Positions 40,324-50,151 of a stretch of 64,000 bases of DNA are shown here, in pieces. Positions within the stretch are counted from its first letter, which is position 1. Each line of letters begins with the position of its first letter. The notes under the pieces were generated by a model. The model ran no database searches. It was not told where the DNA came from and was given only the letters and a program-made list of their open reading frames with translations. The position numbers and the translations under genes are program-made. Source of the stretch: Syntrophales bacterium (GTDB taxonomy: Bacteria > Desulfobacterota > Syntrophia > Syntrophales > UBA2210); NCBI GenBank assembly GCA_963666365.2, contig CAXXNF010000002.1, positions 96,001-160,000 on the forward strand. Reading direction: 5' to 3'.

Positions 40324-41586
40324 ATGCACGAACATACTGTCGGTGAATCCCAGCTTTTAAAAGAGTCATTTGAAGAATTTACCCGTGCAACGGCACGACT
40401 TCAGGATGCGTACACCAGTCTTGAGACGAAGTTTCAACAGATTAATCTCGAGCTTGAGAGAAAAAATCTGGAGTTGAAAAAGGCCCTTGCCGAGAAGGAG
40501 CGTTTAGGCAATTACCTTACCAATATTCTGGAGAGCCTCAACAGCGGGGTGGTCGTGACCGATGAGACCGGGCATATCACCATCATGAATGAAAGCGCTG
40601 AAAAGCTGTCCCCCGTGCTTCGGAACGAAGAACGTCATGACTGGCGAGGGGCTCTTTTCGGTGATTATTTTCCCTATTTGCAGGATCGTCACATAGATGA
40701 AGGGGGCGCCATACCCCCTGAAACGCGCTGCAGGGTGCAGGGGCGCGTAGTGGAACTGTATACAAATCCTATGATTGCAACGCATCGGGAAAACCGGGGC
40801 ACAATATTTGTGCTTCGCGATATCACCCGAGTGGAAAAATTGGAAGAAATGGCCAAACGATCGGAAAAATTTGCAGCAATGGAAGAGCTTGCCGCCAATA
40901 TTGCCCATGAGATCCGGAACCCCCTGGGCAGTATAGAGCTTTTTGCCTCGCTCCTGATGAAGGAACCTGAAAGCAGCCGAAGCAGGGACAGGGCCTATGA
41001 AATCATCAAATCAGTGAAGAACGTAAACAACAGAATCTCGAACCTCCTCCTTTTTACAAAACGGCCTCAACCTGTCTTTCGGCGCCTGCGGCTCCATGAA
41101 CTCATCGACGATGTGGTAACCTTTGCAAAGCCTATCATTGAAAACGAGGAAATACGGCTCACCGTTCGTTACGATAAATCCGATCCTGACGTTGAGGGGG
41201 ATGGGGAGATGTTGAAGCAGGTGTTCCTCAATCTGATACTGAATGCACTGCAGGCGATGCCCGAGGGGGGGGAGTTTGCCATAGAGACAAGAGTGAGCGT
41301 AAGTGAAGGACGGGCATGGCAGAATGGGGCGAGCGACGTGGAAATCCTCTTCGATGATAGAGGCGCCGGTATTCCTTCAGATCATATGCCAAAAATATTT
41401 GATCCTTTTTTTACCACAAAAGATGGGGGATCAGGTCTCGGTCTCGCTATCGTTCATAATATAATAGACATGCACGGTGGTGCGGTTGTGGCCGATCATA
41501 ACGAATGGGGCGGGACCCTGATGAACATCACTCTGCCCGTTGTTTCCCGGGGCAGGGAATCGGGAACGTCTTCCCGAGGTGAATAG
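40324..41586 (+). CDS. PAS-containing cytoplasmic histidine kinase (FleS/FlrB-like)
   Basis: AHEIRNPLG, QVFLNLILNA, DRGAG, FDPFFTTK, GSGLGL. Confidence 0.92.
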   Translation: MHEHTVGESQLLKESFEEFTRATARLQDAYTSLETKFQQINLELERKNLELKKALAEKERLGNYLTNILESLNSGVVVTDETGHITIMNESAEKLSPVLRNEERHDWRGALFGDYFPYLQDRHIDEGGAIPPETRCRVQGRVVELYTNPMIATHRENRGTIFVLRDITRVEKLEEMAKRSEKFAAMEELAANIAHEIRNPLGSIELFASLLMKEPESSRSRDRAYEIIKSVKNVNNRISNLLLFTKRPQPVFRRLRLHELIDDVVTFAKPIIENEEIRLTVRYDKSDPDVEGDGEMLKQVFLNLILNALQAMPEGGEFAIETRVSVSEGRAWQNGASDVEILFDDRGAGIPSDHMPKIFDPFFTTKDGGSGLGLAIVHNIIDMHGGAVVADHNEWGGTLMNITLPVVSRGRESGTSSRGE

Positions 41587-41617
41587 AAGAAAAGTCGGAA
41601 AGCGGCGTTGGTGAATT

Positions 41618-43042
41618 ATGAAGATGGACACAATTCTTATTGTAGACGATGAACCTTCCATGAGAGCGGCCCTTGCGGAATCGCTTGAAATCTGCGGTTA
41701 TAAAGTCGAAACGGCCCAGGATGGAGAGGATGCCCTCGAAAAATTCCGGACCAGGACCTACGGAGTTGTCATAACCGATATGAGAATGCCCCGGGTCAGC
41801 GGGATGGAAGTGCTGCGAGGGATAAAAAAGCTGTCACCCTCCACTCCCGTGATTGTCATCACCGCCTACGGTACAGTCAATACCGCCGTTGAGGCGATGC
41901 GAGCCGGCGCCTTTGATTTTATTATGAAACCCTTCTCACTGGAACACTTGGAAGAAGCGGTAAAGAGGGTCGCAGCCCGCGACGGCTCAGTGCCTCTCAG
42001 TGCAAAAGAAGAGCCGGAGAAGCATTTTACCACAGAAAAAAAGATTATTACGCAAGACAGGAGGGTGAAAACCATCCTGTCGATGATGAAAAATATCGCC
42101 GGAAGCAAGTCGAGTGTCCTCATTCAGGGGAAGAGCGGGACAGGCAAGGAATTGCTCGCCCGCTACATTCACCTTCAGGGGGAGCGGGCGGAAATGCCCT
42201 TTGTTGCAGTAAACTGTGCGGCCATACCGGGCAACCTGCTGGAGAGCGAGATGTTCGGGTACGAAAAGGGCGCCTTCACCGGGGCGGCGCAAAGAAAGCC
42301 GGGCAAGTTTGAACTGGCCCACGGAGGGACGCTGCTTCTCGATGAAATCAGCGAGATGGATCTGCAGCTCCAGGCCAAGCTGCTGCGAGTCATCCAGGAA
42401 TCGGAGGTAGACAGACTTGGAGGGAAGGAGCCCGTTCCTGTCGACGTACGGATTATTGCCACCACCAACACGGATATCAAACAGTGCGTTGCCGATAAAA
42501 AATTCAGGGATGATCTTTATTATCGTATCAACGTCATTCCCGTTACCATTCCTTCGCTTAAGGAGCGACCGGGTGACATTCCGCTTCTTGTCGATTTTTT
42601 TCTTAATAAATACAGCAGACTAAATGGCATTAACCCCCCCGATGTTTCCGATGAGGCACTCCGTTTCCTAGAACGGTATGAATGGCCCGGTAATGTGCGT
42701 GAACTGGAAAATGTGATGGAGCGTTCCGTTCTCATAAGCTGCGGTGAAACAATTATGCCGGAACATCTCTACCTCGAATGTGCCTTGGGTGATGACGGTC
42801 GGTCTGAAGTGAGCGCCGAAGGGCATGGTGAGCCCGAGATAAAAAATGGTGCGGAAGGAGCAATAAGTGCGTCGCCGGGAATGACGCTGCACGACATGGA
42901 GCGGGAGATGATTTTTGAAACCCTCAAAAAGGCGAAAGGAAACAAAACCAAGGCCTCCATGATCCTGGGAATAAGTGTGCGCACCATGAGAAACAAGTTA
43001 AACGAGTACAAGAACGAGGGACTTCCCGTTGATGATCTGTGA
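41618..43042 (+). CDS. Sigma54-dependent response regulator (FleR/FlrC-like)
   Basis: Receiver (DD, DMRMP), GKSGTGKE, GAFTGA, WPGNVREL, Fis-type HTH. Confidence 0.94.
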   Translation: MKMDTILIVDDEPSMRAALAESLEICGYKVETAQDGEDALEKFRTRTYGVVITDMRMPRVSGMEVLRGIKKLSPSTPVIVITAYGTVNTAVEAMRAGAFDFIMKPFSLEHLEEAVKRVAARDGSVPLSAKEEPEKHFTTEKKIITQDRRVKTILSMMKNIAGSKSSVLIQGKSGTGKELLARYIHLQGERAEMPFVAVNCAAIPGNLLESEMFGYEKGAFTGAAQRKPGKFELAHGGTLLLDEISEMDLQLQAKLLRVIQESEVDRLGGKEPVPVDVRIIATTNTDIKQCVADKKFRDDLYYRINVIPVTIPSLKERPGDIPLLVDFFLNKYSRLNGINPPDVSDEALRFLERYEWPGNVRELENVMERSVLISCGETIMPEHLYLECALGDDGRSEVSAEGHGEPEIKNGAEGAISASPGMTLHDMEREMIFETLKKAKGNKTKASMILGISVRTMRNKLNEYKNEGLPVDDL

Positions 43043-43076
43043 GGGAAGTGGCGCTCAGCGAAAATTTCTGTATTTT

Positions 43077-43092
43077 TGGTATGAGAATTGCT
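43077..43092 (+). promoter_or_regulatory. Sigma54 promoter of the flgB operon
   Basis: TGGTATGAGAATTGCT. Confidence 0.85.
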
Positions 43093-43117
43093 TTTAAAAT
43101 ATGCCAGGAGGTATCCC

Positions 43118-43471
43118 ATGGATGCACTGTTCAGCAAAACGATGGAAACGCTTTCACTGATGCTTGAGTATCATTCGGAGCGACATAAAGCCATTTCCTC
43201 GAACATCGTGAACATAGATACTTCCGGGTACCGACCCGCCGATGTGACTTTTGACAAGGAACTGGTCCTGCAAATGGCTGCGCAAAAGGGCCGTCGCGGT
43301 GCAAGCGGTACGGAAGATGGTGTATTCACGATTACCGAAGAGGAGGGTAAGGTCGATATTGATAAGGAAATGGGTAAATTGGCCGAGAACCACCTTATGT
43401 ATAATCTGAGTGCCGAGTTGCTTGCACGTAAATTCAGGGGTCTGAAGGACGTAGTGAAAGGGGTGAAGTAA
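43118..43471 (+). CDS. flgB: Flagellar rod protein FlgB
   Basis: ISSNIVNIDTSGYR, VDIDKEM; RBS AGGAGG. Confidence 0.92.
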   Translation: MDALFSKTMETLSLMLEYHSERHKAISSNIVNIDTSGYRPADVTFDKELVLQMAAQKGRRGASGTEDGVFTITEEEGKVDIDKEMGKLAENHLMYNLSAELLARKFRGLKDVVKGVK

Positions 43472-43472
43472 A

Positions 43473-43898
43473 ATGGACTTTTCCAATGCCTTTAAGATAT
43501 GTGCTTCGGGATTTCAGGCACAGAGAAAAAAAATTGACGTTATTGTCAATAACCTTGCCAATATTACCACCACGAGAACGCCTGAAGGGGGACCCTATAA
43601 GCGTCAGGTCGTGGTATTTGCCTCTGAACCTATTACCGATACATTCGGCGATATCCTGAATGAGTCGCTGCAGCGTGTCACCGTTGACAAGGTGGTGCGG
43701 GAAGAAAACAGTGTCAAGGTGGTGTTTGATCCCTCCCACCCCGATGCAGATGATAAGGGATTTGTTGCCATGCCCGATATCAATTCGATCACTGAGATGT
43801 CGGATATGATCATGGCAAACCGCGCCTATGAAGCTTGTGTGACCGCCTTTGACGCGACAAAAAATATGGTGCTTAAGACAATGGAAATGGGACGTTAG
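43473..43898 (+). CDS. flgC: Flagellar rod protein FlgC
   Basis: NNLAN.TTTRTPEGGPY, DPSHPDA, RAYEA. Confidence 0.95.
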   Translation: MDFSNAFKICASGFQAQRKKIDVIVNNLANITTTRTPEGGPYKRQVVVFASEPITDTFGDILNESLQRVTVDKVVREENSVKVVFDPSHPDADDKGFVAMPDINSITEMSDMIMANRAYEACVTAFDATKNMVLKTMEMGR

Positions 43899-43910
43899 GA
43901 GGATAAAACG

Positions 43911-44216
43911 ATGTCTGACCTCGTAATAGGCAAAACTGCGGGAATGCCCGGTATAAAGGAAGCCGGGTCAGCAAATGAAAAAAAGGGCATTGAAAATTCG
44001 GGATTTGCAGATCTGCTCCAGCATAAAATACAGCAAATCAACACCCTTCAGGTAGAGGCTGATCAGGCAATTTCCAATGTGGTGCTTGAGGAGTCGGGAA
44101 GTGTGCATGAGGCGGTCATCGCGCTGGAAAAGGCCAGCATCTCCTTTTCAACGATGATGGAAGTACGGAACAAGATCGTCGAGGCATACCAGGAAATCAT
44201 GCGGATGCAGGTATGA
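43911..44216 (+). CDS. fliE: Hook-basal body protein FliE
   Basis: VRNKIVEAYQEIMRMQV. Confidence 0.95.
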   Translation: MSDLVIGKTAGMPGIKEAGSANEKKGIENSGFADLLQHKIQQINTLQVEADQAISNVVLEESGSVHEAVIALEKASISFSTMMEVRNKIVEAYQEIMRMQV

Positions 44217-44236
44217 TGAGAAGGGGGGCATAGGAA

Positions 44237-45811
44237 ATGGATTCTCTGTATCGCTCCATCCTTGCTGCGGTGCGCGGTTTCAATGCCCTTGCTCCGGCAC
44301 GGCGAATTGCACTCTGTTTCTTTGTAATACTTACCATGGGGTGTATGGCCTTCTTCGTCTACCTGATGAATCAGACCGAGTACAGTGTGCTTTTTTCCGA
44401 TCTTGTCGGTGATGATGCAAGTAAAATAGTGCTCAGACTTCAGGAAAAGAAAATACCCTATAAAGTATCCTCCTCAGGAACCACCATTATGGTTCCCACA
44501 GAGAAGGCGCCTGAACTCCGCATTGAAATGGCTGCCTCCGGGTTGACGCAGGGGGGAGGCGTAGGGTTCGAAATATTCGACAAGAAAAGTTTCGGTGCCA
44601 CCGAATTTGTGCAGAAGCTCAATTATCAGCGAGCCCTTCAGGGAGAACTGTCGAGAACCATCAGCAGTCTTGAAGAGATCACTGCCAGCAGGGTGCATAT
44701 CGCGATACCCGAACGGTCCCTCTTCGCAGAGGAGAAAAACGAACCGACCGTTTCCGTTGTCGTCAAGCTAAAGCCGGGAAGAACTCTGCAACCCGCTCAA
44801 GTGGAGGGGATCGTCAATCTGGTAGCCGCAAGTGTGGAGAATCTCTCCTCGGGTAATGTTATGGTGGTTGACGGCAGTGGAAAGATTCTCTCTCAACCAC
44901 AGGAGGAATCTGCCGTTGCCAGAATGAGCAACTCACAGATCGAATATCAGCGGAACATTGAAAAGGGGCTTGCTGGTAGAGTGCAGTCGATGCTTGAAAG
45001 GGTTGTGGGACGGGGAAAGGTGGTGGCCACCGTCGCCGCACGGCTGGACTTTCGAGAGACGGAAAAAACGGAAGAGCTCTTCGGCGCCGATGAACCGGCC
45101 CTCAGAAGCGTGCACAGGAAAACGGAGAGGGCCGGCATAGGTCCTGCAGAAGGCGAAAGCTCTGTGACGCGCACGGAACAGCGGCAGGGAGAGCGGGGAA
45201 GAACGAATCGAGAAAAATCCGATGAAATCCTGAATTACGAATTAAATCGTGTGGTAAGTAAAACCATAAAACCCGTGGGCGCCCTAGAGAAGCTTTCCGT
45301 GGCGGTGCTTGTGGATGGTCTGTATAAAAAGAATGACAAGGGGATTGAAGAATATCAGCCGAGAACGAAAAAAGAAATAGAACTTCTGGACGATCTTGTA
45401 AAAAAGGCGGTCGGCTTCGATGCGAAGCGGGGTGACCAAGTGGTGATTACAAACGTGGCGTTTCGACGTGCCGATATGGAAGAAACATTGGCGGACAACG
45501 GGTCTTTGCTGGACAAAGTCGCCCCCCTTATGTCTCTCGTCAAGGCGCCCCTGCTCTTTCTTTCGATGGCGCTGGTGCTCTTTTTTGTCCTTAGGCCCGT
45601 ACTGAAGTTGCTGCTGTCAAGGGGACACGAAGTGGATAACAGAAGGGAACAGATTATGGCGGCTGCCGGTGCGGAATTGGATGCACCCCTCCCCACCCTC
45701 AAGCTGGATGCCGCCACCTCCGAAGAGATGCCCGAGATTACTGTTGTCAGAAGCATGGCCAGCCAGGATGCCAGAACATTTTCGGAGCTGTTGAAGAATT
45801 GGCTGAACTGA
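44237..45811 (+). CDS. fliF: MS-ring protein FliF
   Basis: GFEIFD, RALQGEL.RTI, RVHIA.P, LSVAVLVDG, GFDAKRGD. Confidence 0.95.
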   Translation: MDSLYRSILAAVRGFNALAPARRIALCFFVILTMGCMAFFVYLMNQTEYSVLFSDLVGDDASKIVLRLQEKKIPYKVSSSGTTIMVPTEKAPELRIEMAASGLTQGGGVGFEIFDKKSFGATEFVQKLNYQRALQGELSRTISSLEEITASRVHIAIPERSLFAEEKNEPTVSVVVKLKPGRTLQPAQVEGIVNLVAASVENLSSGNVMVVDGSGKILSQPQEESAVARMSNSQIEYQRNIEKGLAGRVQSMLERVVGRGKVVATVAARLDFRETEKTEELFGADEPALRSVHRKTERAGIGPAEGESSVTRTEQRQGERGRTNREKSDEILNYELNRVVSKTIKPVGALEKLSVAVLVDGLYKKNDKGIEEYQPRTKKEIELLDDLVKKAVGFDAKRGDQVVITNVAFRRADMEETLADNGSLLDKVAPLMSLVKAPLLFLSMALVLFFVLRPVLKLLLSRGHEVDNRREQIMAAAGAELDAPLPTLKLDAATSEEMPEITVVRSMASQDARTFSELLKNWLN

Positions 45812-45867
45812 GAACGGAGCAGGCGAATTGTGGATAATCACGCGTTAAGAATTAGGATGTATTGAGT

Positions 45868-46872
45868 ATGACCAACCAGGAAAAGGCCGCGATTATTGTA
45901 CTGTCACTTGAAGAAAGTCATGCCGTTGAGGTGTTGAAAAATTTGAGCTCCGATGAGGTGAAGCGCCTCGGGGCTTCTATGAGCCGTCTTCACAATGTGT
46001 CTCATGAGGAGGTAGAGGCAGCCGCTCGCGAATTCAGAACACTGGCGAAAGACAAGGGCAAAGGATTTCTTACCGTTCAGAATGATCAGATACAAAAAAT
46101 CATCATTAAGGCCCTGGGAGAGGAAAAGGCAAAAAAAGTACTTGATATTATAGAGGAAGAAACCTTCAGGCCCTATGCAAATCCGGTGATAGAAAAACTG
46201 AGAACCATGGATGCGAAGCTGCTGATGGATTTTACTAAGATGGAACACCCTCAGACGATTGCCCTGATCCTCGCCCATCTCAAACCGGAACAGGCATCGG
46301 AAATTCTGAGCGGTTACCCCGTGGAGAAACAGGCGGATATACTGCGGCGGATTGCCACATTGAAAAGTGTGCCGCAGGAATTTGTGGAAGAGATGACGAA
46401 AGCGCTGGAGTCGGAAATTATCGTGGGCGCCGCCGGCGAGGAACATTTCGGCGGCATTACCATGTCTGCGGAAATTCTCAATCGCATGGGGCGATCTTAC
46501 GAGGGGACGATCCTCGAGTTCATGGAAGAGAAGAATCCCGAGCTTACCATGGAAATACGCCATCATATGTTCTCCTTTGACGATGTATTTAAACTCGACG
46601 ACAAGAGTATCCGGGAAATTCTCCAGGAGGTAAGCTCGGAAGATCTGGCACGATCACTCAAGGTGGCCGATTCCGAACTCCGCGAAAAAATATTTTCCAA
46701 TATGTCGAAACGGGCGGCCGAAATGCTTATGGAAGACCTGGAAGTGATGCCGCCCACAAGGGTTTCAGAGGTTGAGCGAAGCCAGAGAAATATCATCGAT
46801 ACTGCGCGAAGGTTGGAGGCAGAGGGCAGAATCACGATTCTCAGGAGTAAGGACGAAGATGAGTTCGTCTAG
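45868..46872 (+). CDS. fliG: Motor switch protein FliG
   Basis: KAAI, EHPQTIALIL, MFSFDD, NMSKRAA. Confidence 0.95.
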   Translation: MTNQEKAAIIVLSLEESHAVEVLKNLSSDEVKRLGASMSRLHNVSHEEVEAAAREFRTLAKDKGKGFLTVQNDQIQKIIIKALGEEKAKKVLDIIEEETFRPYANPVIEKLRTMDAKLLMDFTKMEHPQTIALILAHLKPEQASEILSGYPVEKQADILRRIATLKSVPQEFVEEMTKALESEIIVGAAGEEHFGGITMSAEILNRMGRSYEGTILEFMEEKNPELTMEIRHHMFSFDDVFKLDDKSIREILQEVSSEDLARSLKVADSELREKIFSNMSKRAAEMLMEDLEVMPPTRVSEVERSQRNIIDTARRLEAEGRITILRSKDEDEFV

Positions 46873-47554
46873 AAAGATAATCAAGGCCGGCGCCATCAAT
46901 GTTGTCCCTCTGGGAGAACGAGGACCCGTTTCCTTCATCAGGACCGATTATCGGCAGAATAACAGTCGACTGCGTACGAACCGGGAAAGCGCTCAGCAAT
47001 CCGTTGAGGAGCAGGCGGTTGCAAGGGAAGAAGCGGACCGGCAACGTAGTGAAGATGCCTTCAAAAAAGGACTCAATGAGGGGATGAAGCGGGGGAGCGA
47101 AGAGGCGAAGAAGGCCCTGGCGCCGGCGCTGGCGACTCTCGAAAAGGCGGCCCTAAAGATATCGGAGCTGAAAGATTCGCTCTGGAGGCAGTCTGAAGAA
47201 AGCATGGTCGATCTTGCCTTTACCATAGCGGAAAAGATTATCCGCAGGGAAGTGAGTTTTGACAGGACGATTGTGAGAGAGCTTCTGGAGGAAATACTGT
47301 CCGATTTTAAAAATAGCGAAGATGTGTTGGTACGCTTAAATCCCATGGATTATAAGGCGCTTAAGTCGGAGATTCCCGATTGCCTCGGGGACAATACCCA
47401 GAGAGTGAACCTGAGAATTGAAGAAGACCGCCGCATTGAACCGGGTGGCGCCGTCATTGAGACACCATCGCTGGTCATCGACGGGAGAATCGAGGAACAA
47501 CTTTTGTCGCTTCGAGACTCGATCGCTCTTTATTGCGGGCGTGGAGACCGATGA
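46859..47554 (+). CDS. fliH: Flagellar assembly protein FliH
   Basis: AxxxGxxxG repeats, VRLNP.D, GGAVIET...IDGRIE.QL; gene order. Confidence 0.88.
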   Translation: MSSSRKIIKAGAINVVPLGERGPVSFIRTDYRQNNSRLRTNRESAQQSVEEQAVAREEADRQRSEDAFKKGLNEGMKRGSEEAKKALAPALATLEKAALKISELKDSLWRQSEESMVDLAFTIAEKIIRREVSFDRTIVRELLEEILSDFKNSEDVLVRLNPMDYKALKSEIPDCLGDNTQRVNLRIEEDRRIEPGGAVIETPSLVIDGRIEEQLLSLRDSIALYCGRGDR

Positions 47555-48864
47555 GCATCGATTTAACGAAATATCATCGCATATTCGATGAGGTGGAAAC
47601 TCCCCGCTCCTATGGAAAGATCTGTGATGTGAAAGGGCTTCTGGTGGAGGGGTATGACCCGGGGACGACAATGGGGGAAATCTGCCGTATTTTCGGGGGA
47701 GAAGGCAGCGAACCCATGGACGGAGAGGTGGTGGGATTTCGCCAGGGGAAGGTTCTGATGATGCCGGTGGATCACCTCTACGGCATTGCCCCGGGCTGTA
47801 AATTTCTGCCACTGGGCAAATCGGCCGACGTTCCCGTGTGCAAGGGACTCCTGGGGAGGGTTATCGATGGCCTCGGCCATCCCATCGACGATAAAGGACC
47901 TATCCCCTTCGACAGTCGATACCCCATCTACGCCGACTCCATCAATCCCCTTCGGAGAGGGCGCATTCAGGCGCCCATGGATCTGGGGATACGGGCGATC
48001 AACGGGTTGCTTTCCTGTGGCAAGGGCCAGCGAATGGGTATATTTTCCGGATCAGGCGTGGGAAAGAGCTTTCTTCTGGGGATGATGGCGCGCAATACCG
48101 AGGCGGATGTAAACGTAATAGGGCTCATCGGGGAGAGAGGAAGGGAAGTAAGAGAATTTATTGAGAAAAACCTCGAGGAGGAGGGTCTGGCAAAATCGGT
48201 GATTGTGGTGGCGACTTCTGATACCCCCCCCCTCATACGGATGCGGGCTGCCTATGCGGCGACATCCATAGCGGAATACTTCAGGGATCAGGGCTTCGAC
48301 GTGCTTATGATGATCGATTCCCTTACACGGTTTGCAATGGCACAGCGGGAGGTCGGACTTTCTCTCGGCGAACCTCCCACCACAAAAGGATACACACCGT
48401 CAGTCTTCAGTCTTCTTCCGAAACTGCTCGAGAGAACGGGAAACCTGGAGGGGGGAGGGAGTATTACCGGACTTTACACGGTATTGGTTGAAGGTGATGA
48501 TTTCAATGAACCGATCGCCGATGCCGCACGGTCCATACTGGATGGTCATATTGTACTGTCGAGAGAGCTTGCGGCGCAAAATCACTATCCGGCGATTGAT
48601 GTTCTGGAGAGTATCAGCCGAGTCATGACAGATATAGTCGATGGAGAACACCGGAAGAAGGCAAGCGAAGTCATGGATATTCTGGCTACCTACCGCAAGG
48701 TGGAGGATCTGATCAACATCGGCGCCTATGTAAAGGGAAGCAACGACCGAATAGATCACGCCATTGCCACGATTGACAGAATTCACATATTTTTAAAGCA
48801 GGACATGCATGAAAAGGTGAGTTTTCAGGAAACAAAGGACTATCTGCTGTCACTGTTTCGTTGA
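47551..48864 (+). CDS. fliI: Export ATPase FliI
   Basis: GSGVGKS, GERGREV, DSLTRFAMA, DGHIVL, YPAID. Confidence 0.96.
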   Translation: MSIDLTKYHRIFDEVETPRSYGKICDVKGLLVEGYDPGTTMGEICRIFGGEGSEPMDGEVVGFRQGKVLMMPVDHLYGIAPGCKFLPLGKSADVPVCKGLLGRVIDGLGHPIDDKGPIPFDSRYPIYADSINPLRRGRIQAPMDLGIRAINGLLSCGKGQRMGIFSGSGVGKSFLLGMMARNTEADVNVIGLIGERGREVREFIEKNLEEEGLAKSVIVVATSDTPPLIRMRAAYAATSIAEYFRDQGFDVLMMIDSLTRFAMAQREVGLSLGEPPTTKGYTPSVFSLLPKLLERTGNLEGGGSITGLYTVLVEGDDFNEPIADAARSILDGHIVLSRELAAQNHYPAIDVLESISRVMTDIVDGEHRKKASEVMDILATYRKVEDLINIGAYVKGSNDRIDHAIATIDRIHIFLKQDMHEKVSFQETKDYLLSLFR

Positions 48865-48879
48865 GAGATTGGTAGGGAA

Positions 48880-49338
48880 ATGTTTCGATTTTCATTGCAG
48901 GCACTCTTGGATTACCGCGCACATGTTGAGGAAGAAATGCTGCTCGAACTTGCCGAGACTAAAAGAAATCTTGCCCGTGAAAGAGATCGTCTCACCTGTC
49001 TTCAAAATGAAGAGCAGCGTGCGATTTTCGACCTGGAGGTCAGAGAGCCGAAGCACGCCTCTGTTGTCTGCGCCCAGCTTACCCATGTGACGTTGCTTCA
49101 CGACAGGATCAAGGCACAGCAACAGGCGATCAATGCGGGGATTGAGGGGGTTGTCGAATGTCAGAGGAAGGTGCTTGAGGCCGTAAAACAAAAGAAGATG
49201 CTTGAAATACTGAAAGAGAGGCAGCTCAGAAAATATGAGGGAGAACTTGAGCGGCGAAGCGGCAAAGAGATGGATGAACTGAGTATAATGAAGACACAAA
49301 AGGTTGAAGATCATGAAAAAATTGATCCTGCTATGTGA
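48880..49338 (+). CDS. fliJ: Export protein FliJ
   Basis: [13 protein letters not shown], coiled coil, KEMDE. Confidence 0.9.
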   Translation: MFRFSLQALLDYRAHVEEEMLLELAETKRNLARERDRLTCLQNEEQRAIFDLEVREPKHASVVCAQLTHVTLLHDRIKAQQQAINAGIEGVVECQRKVLEAVKQKKMLEILKERQLRKYEGELERRSGKEMDELSIMKTQKVEDHEKIDPAM

Positions 49339-49918
49339 GATTTTCGTTGTTGCGGCACTGATTGTAAAGATTATAACCTTTGGGAGTCTTGTCGGTAAGA
49401 TGGACAGCGACGAAGGATATTACGAGGTGAAAGATGCAGTGGCGGGGGCGTTGGAGACGAATCAGAGGCGCCCCTATCTGAAGGATGCCGTGGCAGACCC
49501 GCTTGCAAAGGAAAGAGAACTTCTGACACTTCTCATTAAGAAACGGATGGAGCTTACCGAACGGGAAGGGCTGATTGCGGAGGAAGAGAAAAAACTGACT
49601 TCTCTGAAAGTCGAGATCATTGCGCACATTGAAGCACTCACTGTAATGAAAGAGGAAATTACCACTCTGATTAAATCAGCACAGATGGTTGATGATAAAC
49701 AATACCGAGATCTTGCGAAGGTATATGAAGCCACTCCCCCCGATCAGGCCGGAGCGATGCTCACGCGGCTCGACAAGAAGACGGCAGCGGCAATCATTAT
49801 GCGAATGAAAAGTAAAAGCGCCGGTCAGGTATGGGGTCATATCGATCCTGCCACGGCAGCGGAAATTACAAAAGAGATCACAAGATTCTCTCCACCATCC
49901 GATGAAATAACTCAATAA
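49313..49918 (+). CDS. MotE/FlbB-like protein (TM, coiled coil, MgtE-N-like domain)
   Basis: [15 protein letters not shown]...AA.I..RMK; lies between fliJ and fliK. Confidence 0.75.
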   Translation: MKKLILLCEIFVVAALIVKIITFGSLVGKMDSDEGYYEVKDAVAGALETNQRRPYLKDAVADPLAKERELLTLLIKKRMELTEREGLIAEEEKKLTSLKVEIIAHIEALTVMKEEITTLIKSAQMVDDKQYRDLAKVYEATPPDQAGAMLTRLDKKTAAAIIMRMKSKSAGQVWGHIDPATAAEITKEITRFSPPSDEITQ

Positions 49919-50097
49919 CACTTCCTCTTCCCTGAAGCCTTGCGAAAAGGGGTGGAGGAATGACCCTGTCGCGTTACAACAGGCACTTTTTTCACGTACA
50001 CATCTTAAAGAGGCAATATTTGCCTTTTTGAGATGTATTTTTTGGTGGACCAGTTGTAATCATCCGATAATATTAGAGATAAAATTTGTTTTCAGCC

Positions 50098-50112
50098 TGG
50101 CACGGCTTTTGC
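50098..50112 (+). promoter_or_regulatory. Sigma54 promoter of fliK-flgD-flgE
   Basis: TGGCACGGCTTTTGC (consensus); upstream palindrome AGGCAA-TAT-TTGCCT at 50011-50025. Confidence 0.9.
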
Positions 50113-50151
50113 CTTAACTGATGGAGACTCTTACAGAAAGGTAGCAAAGGC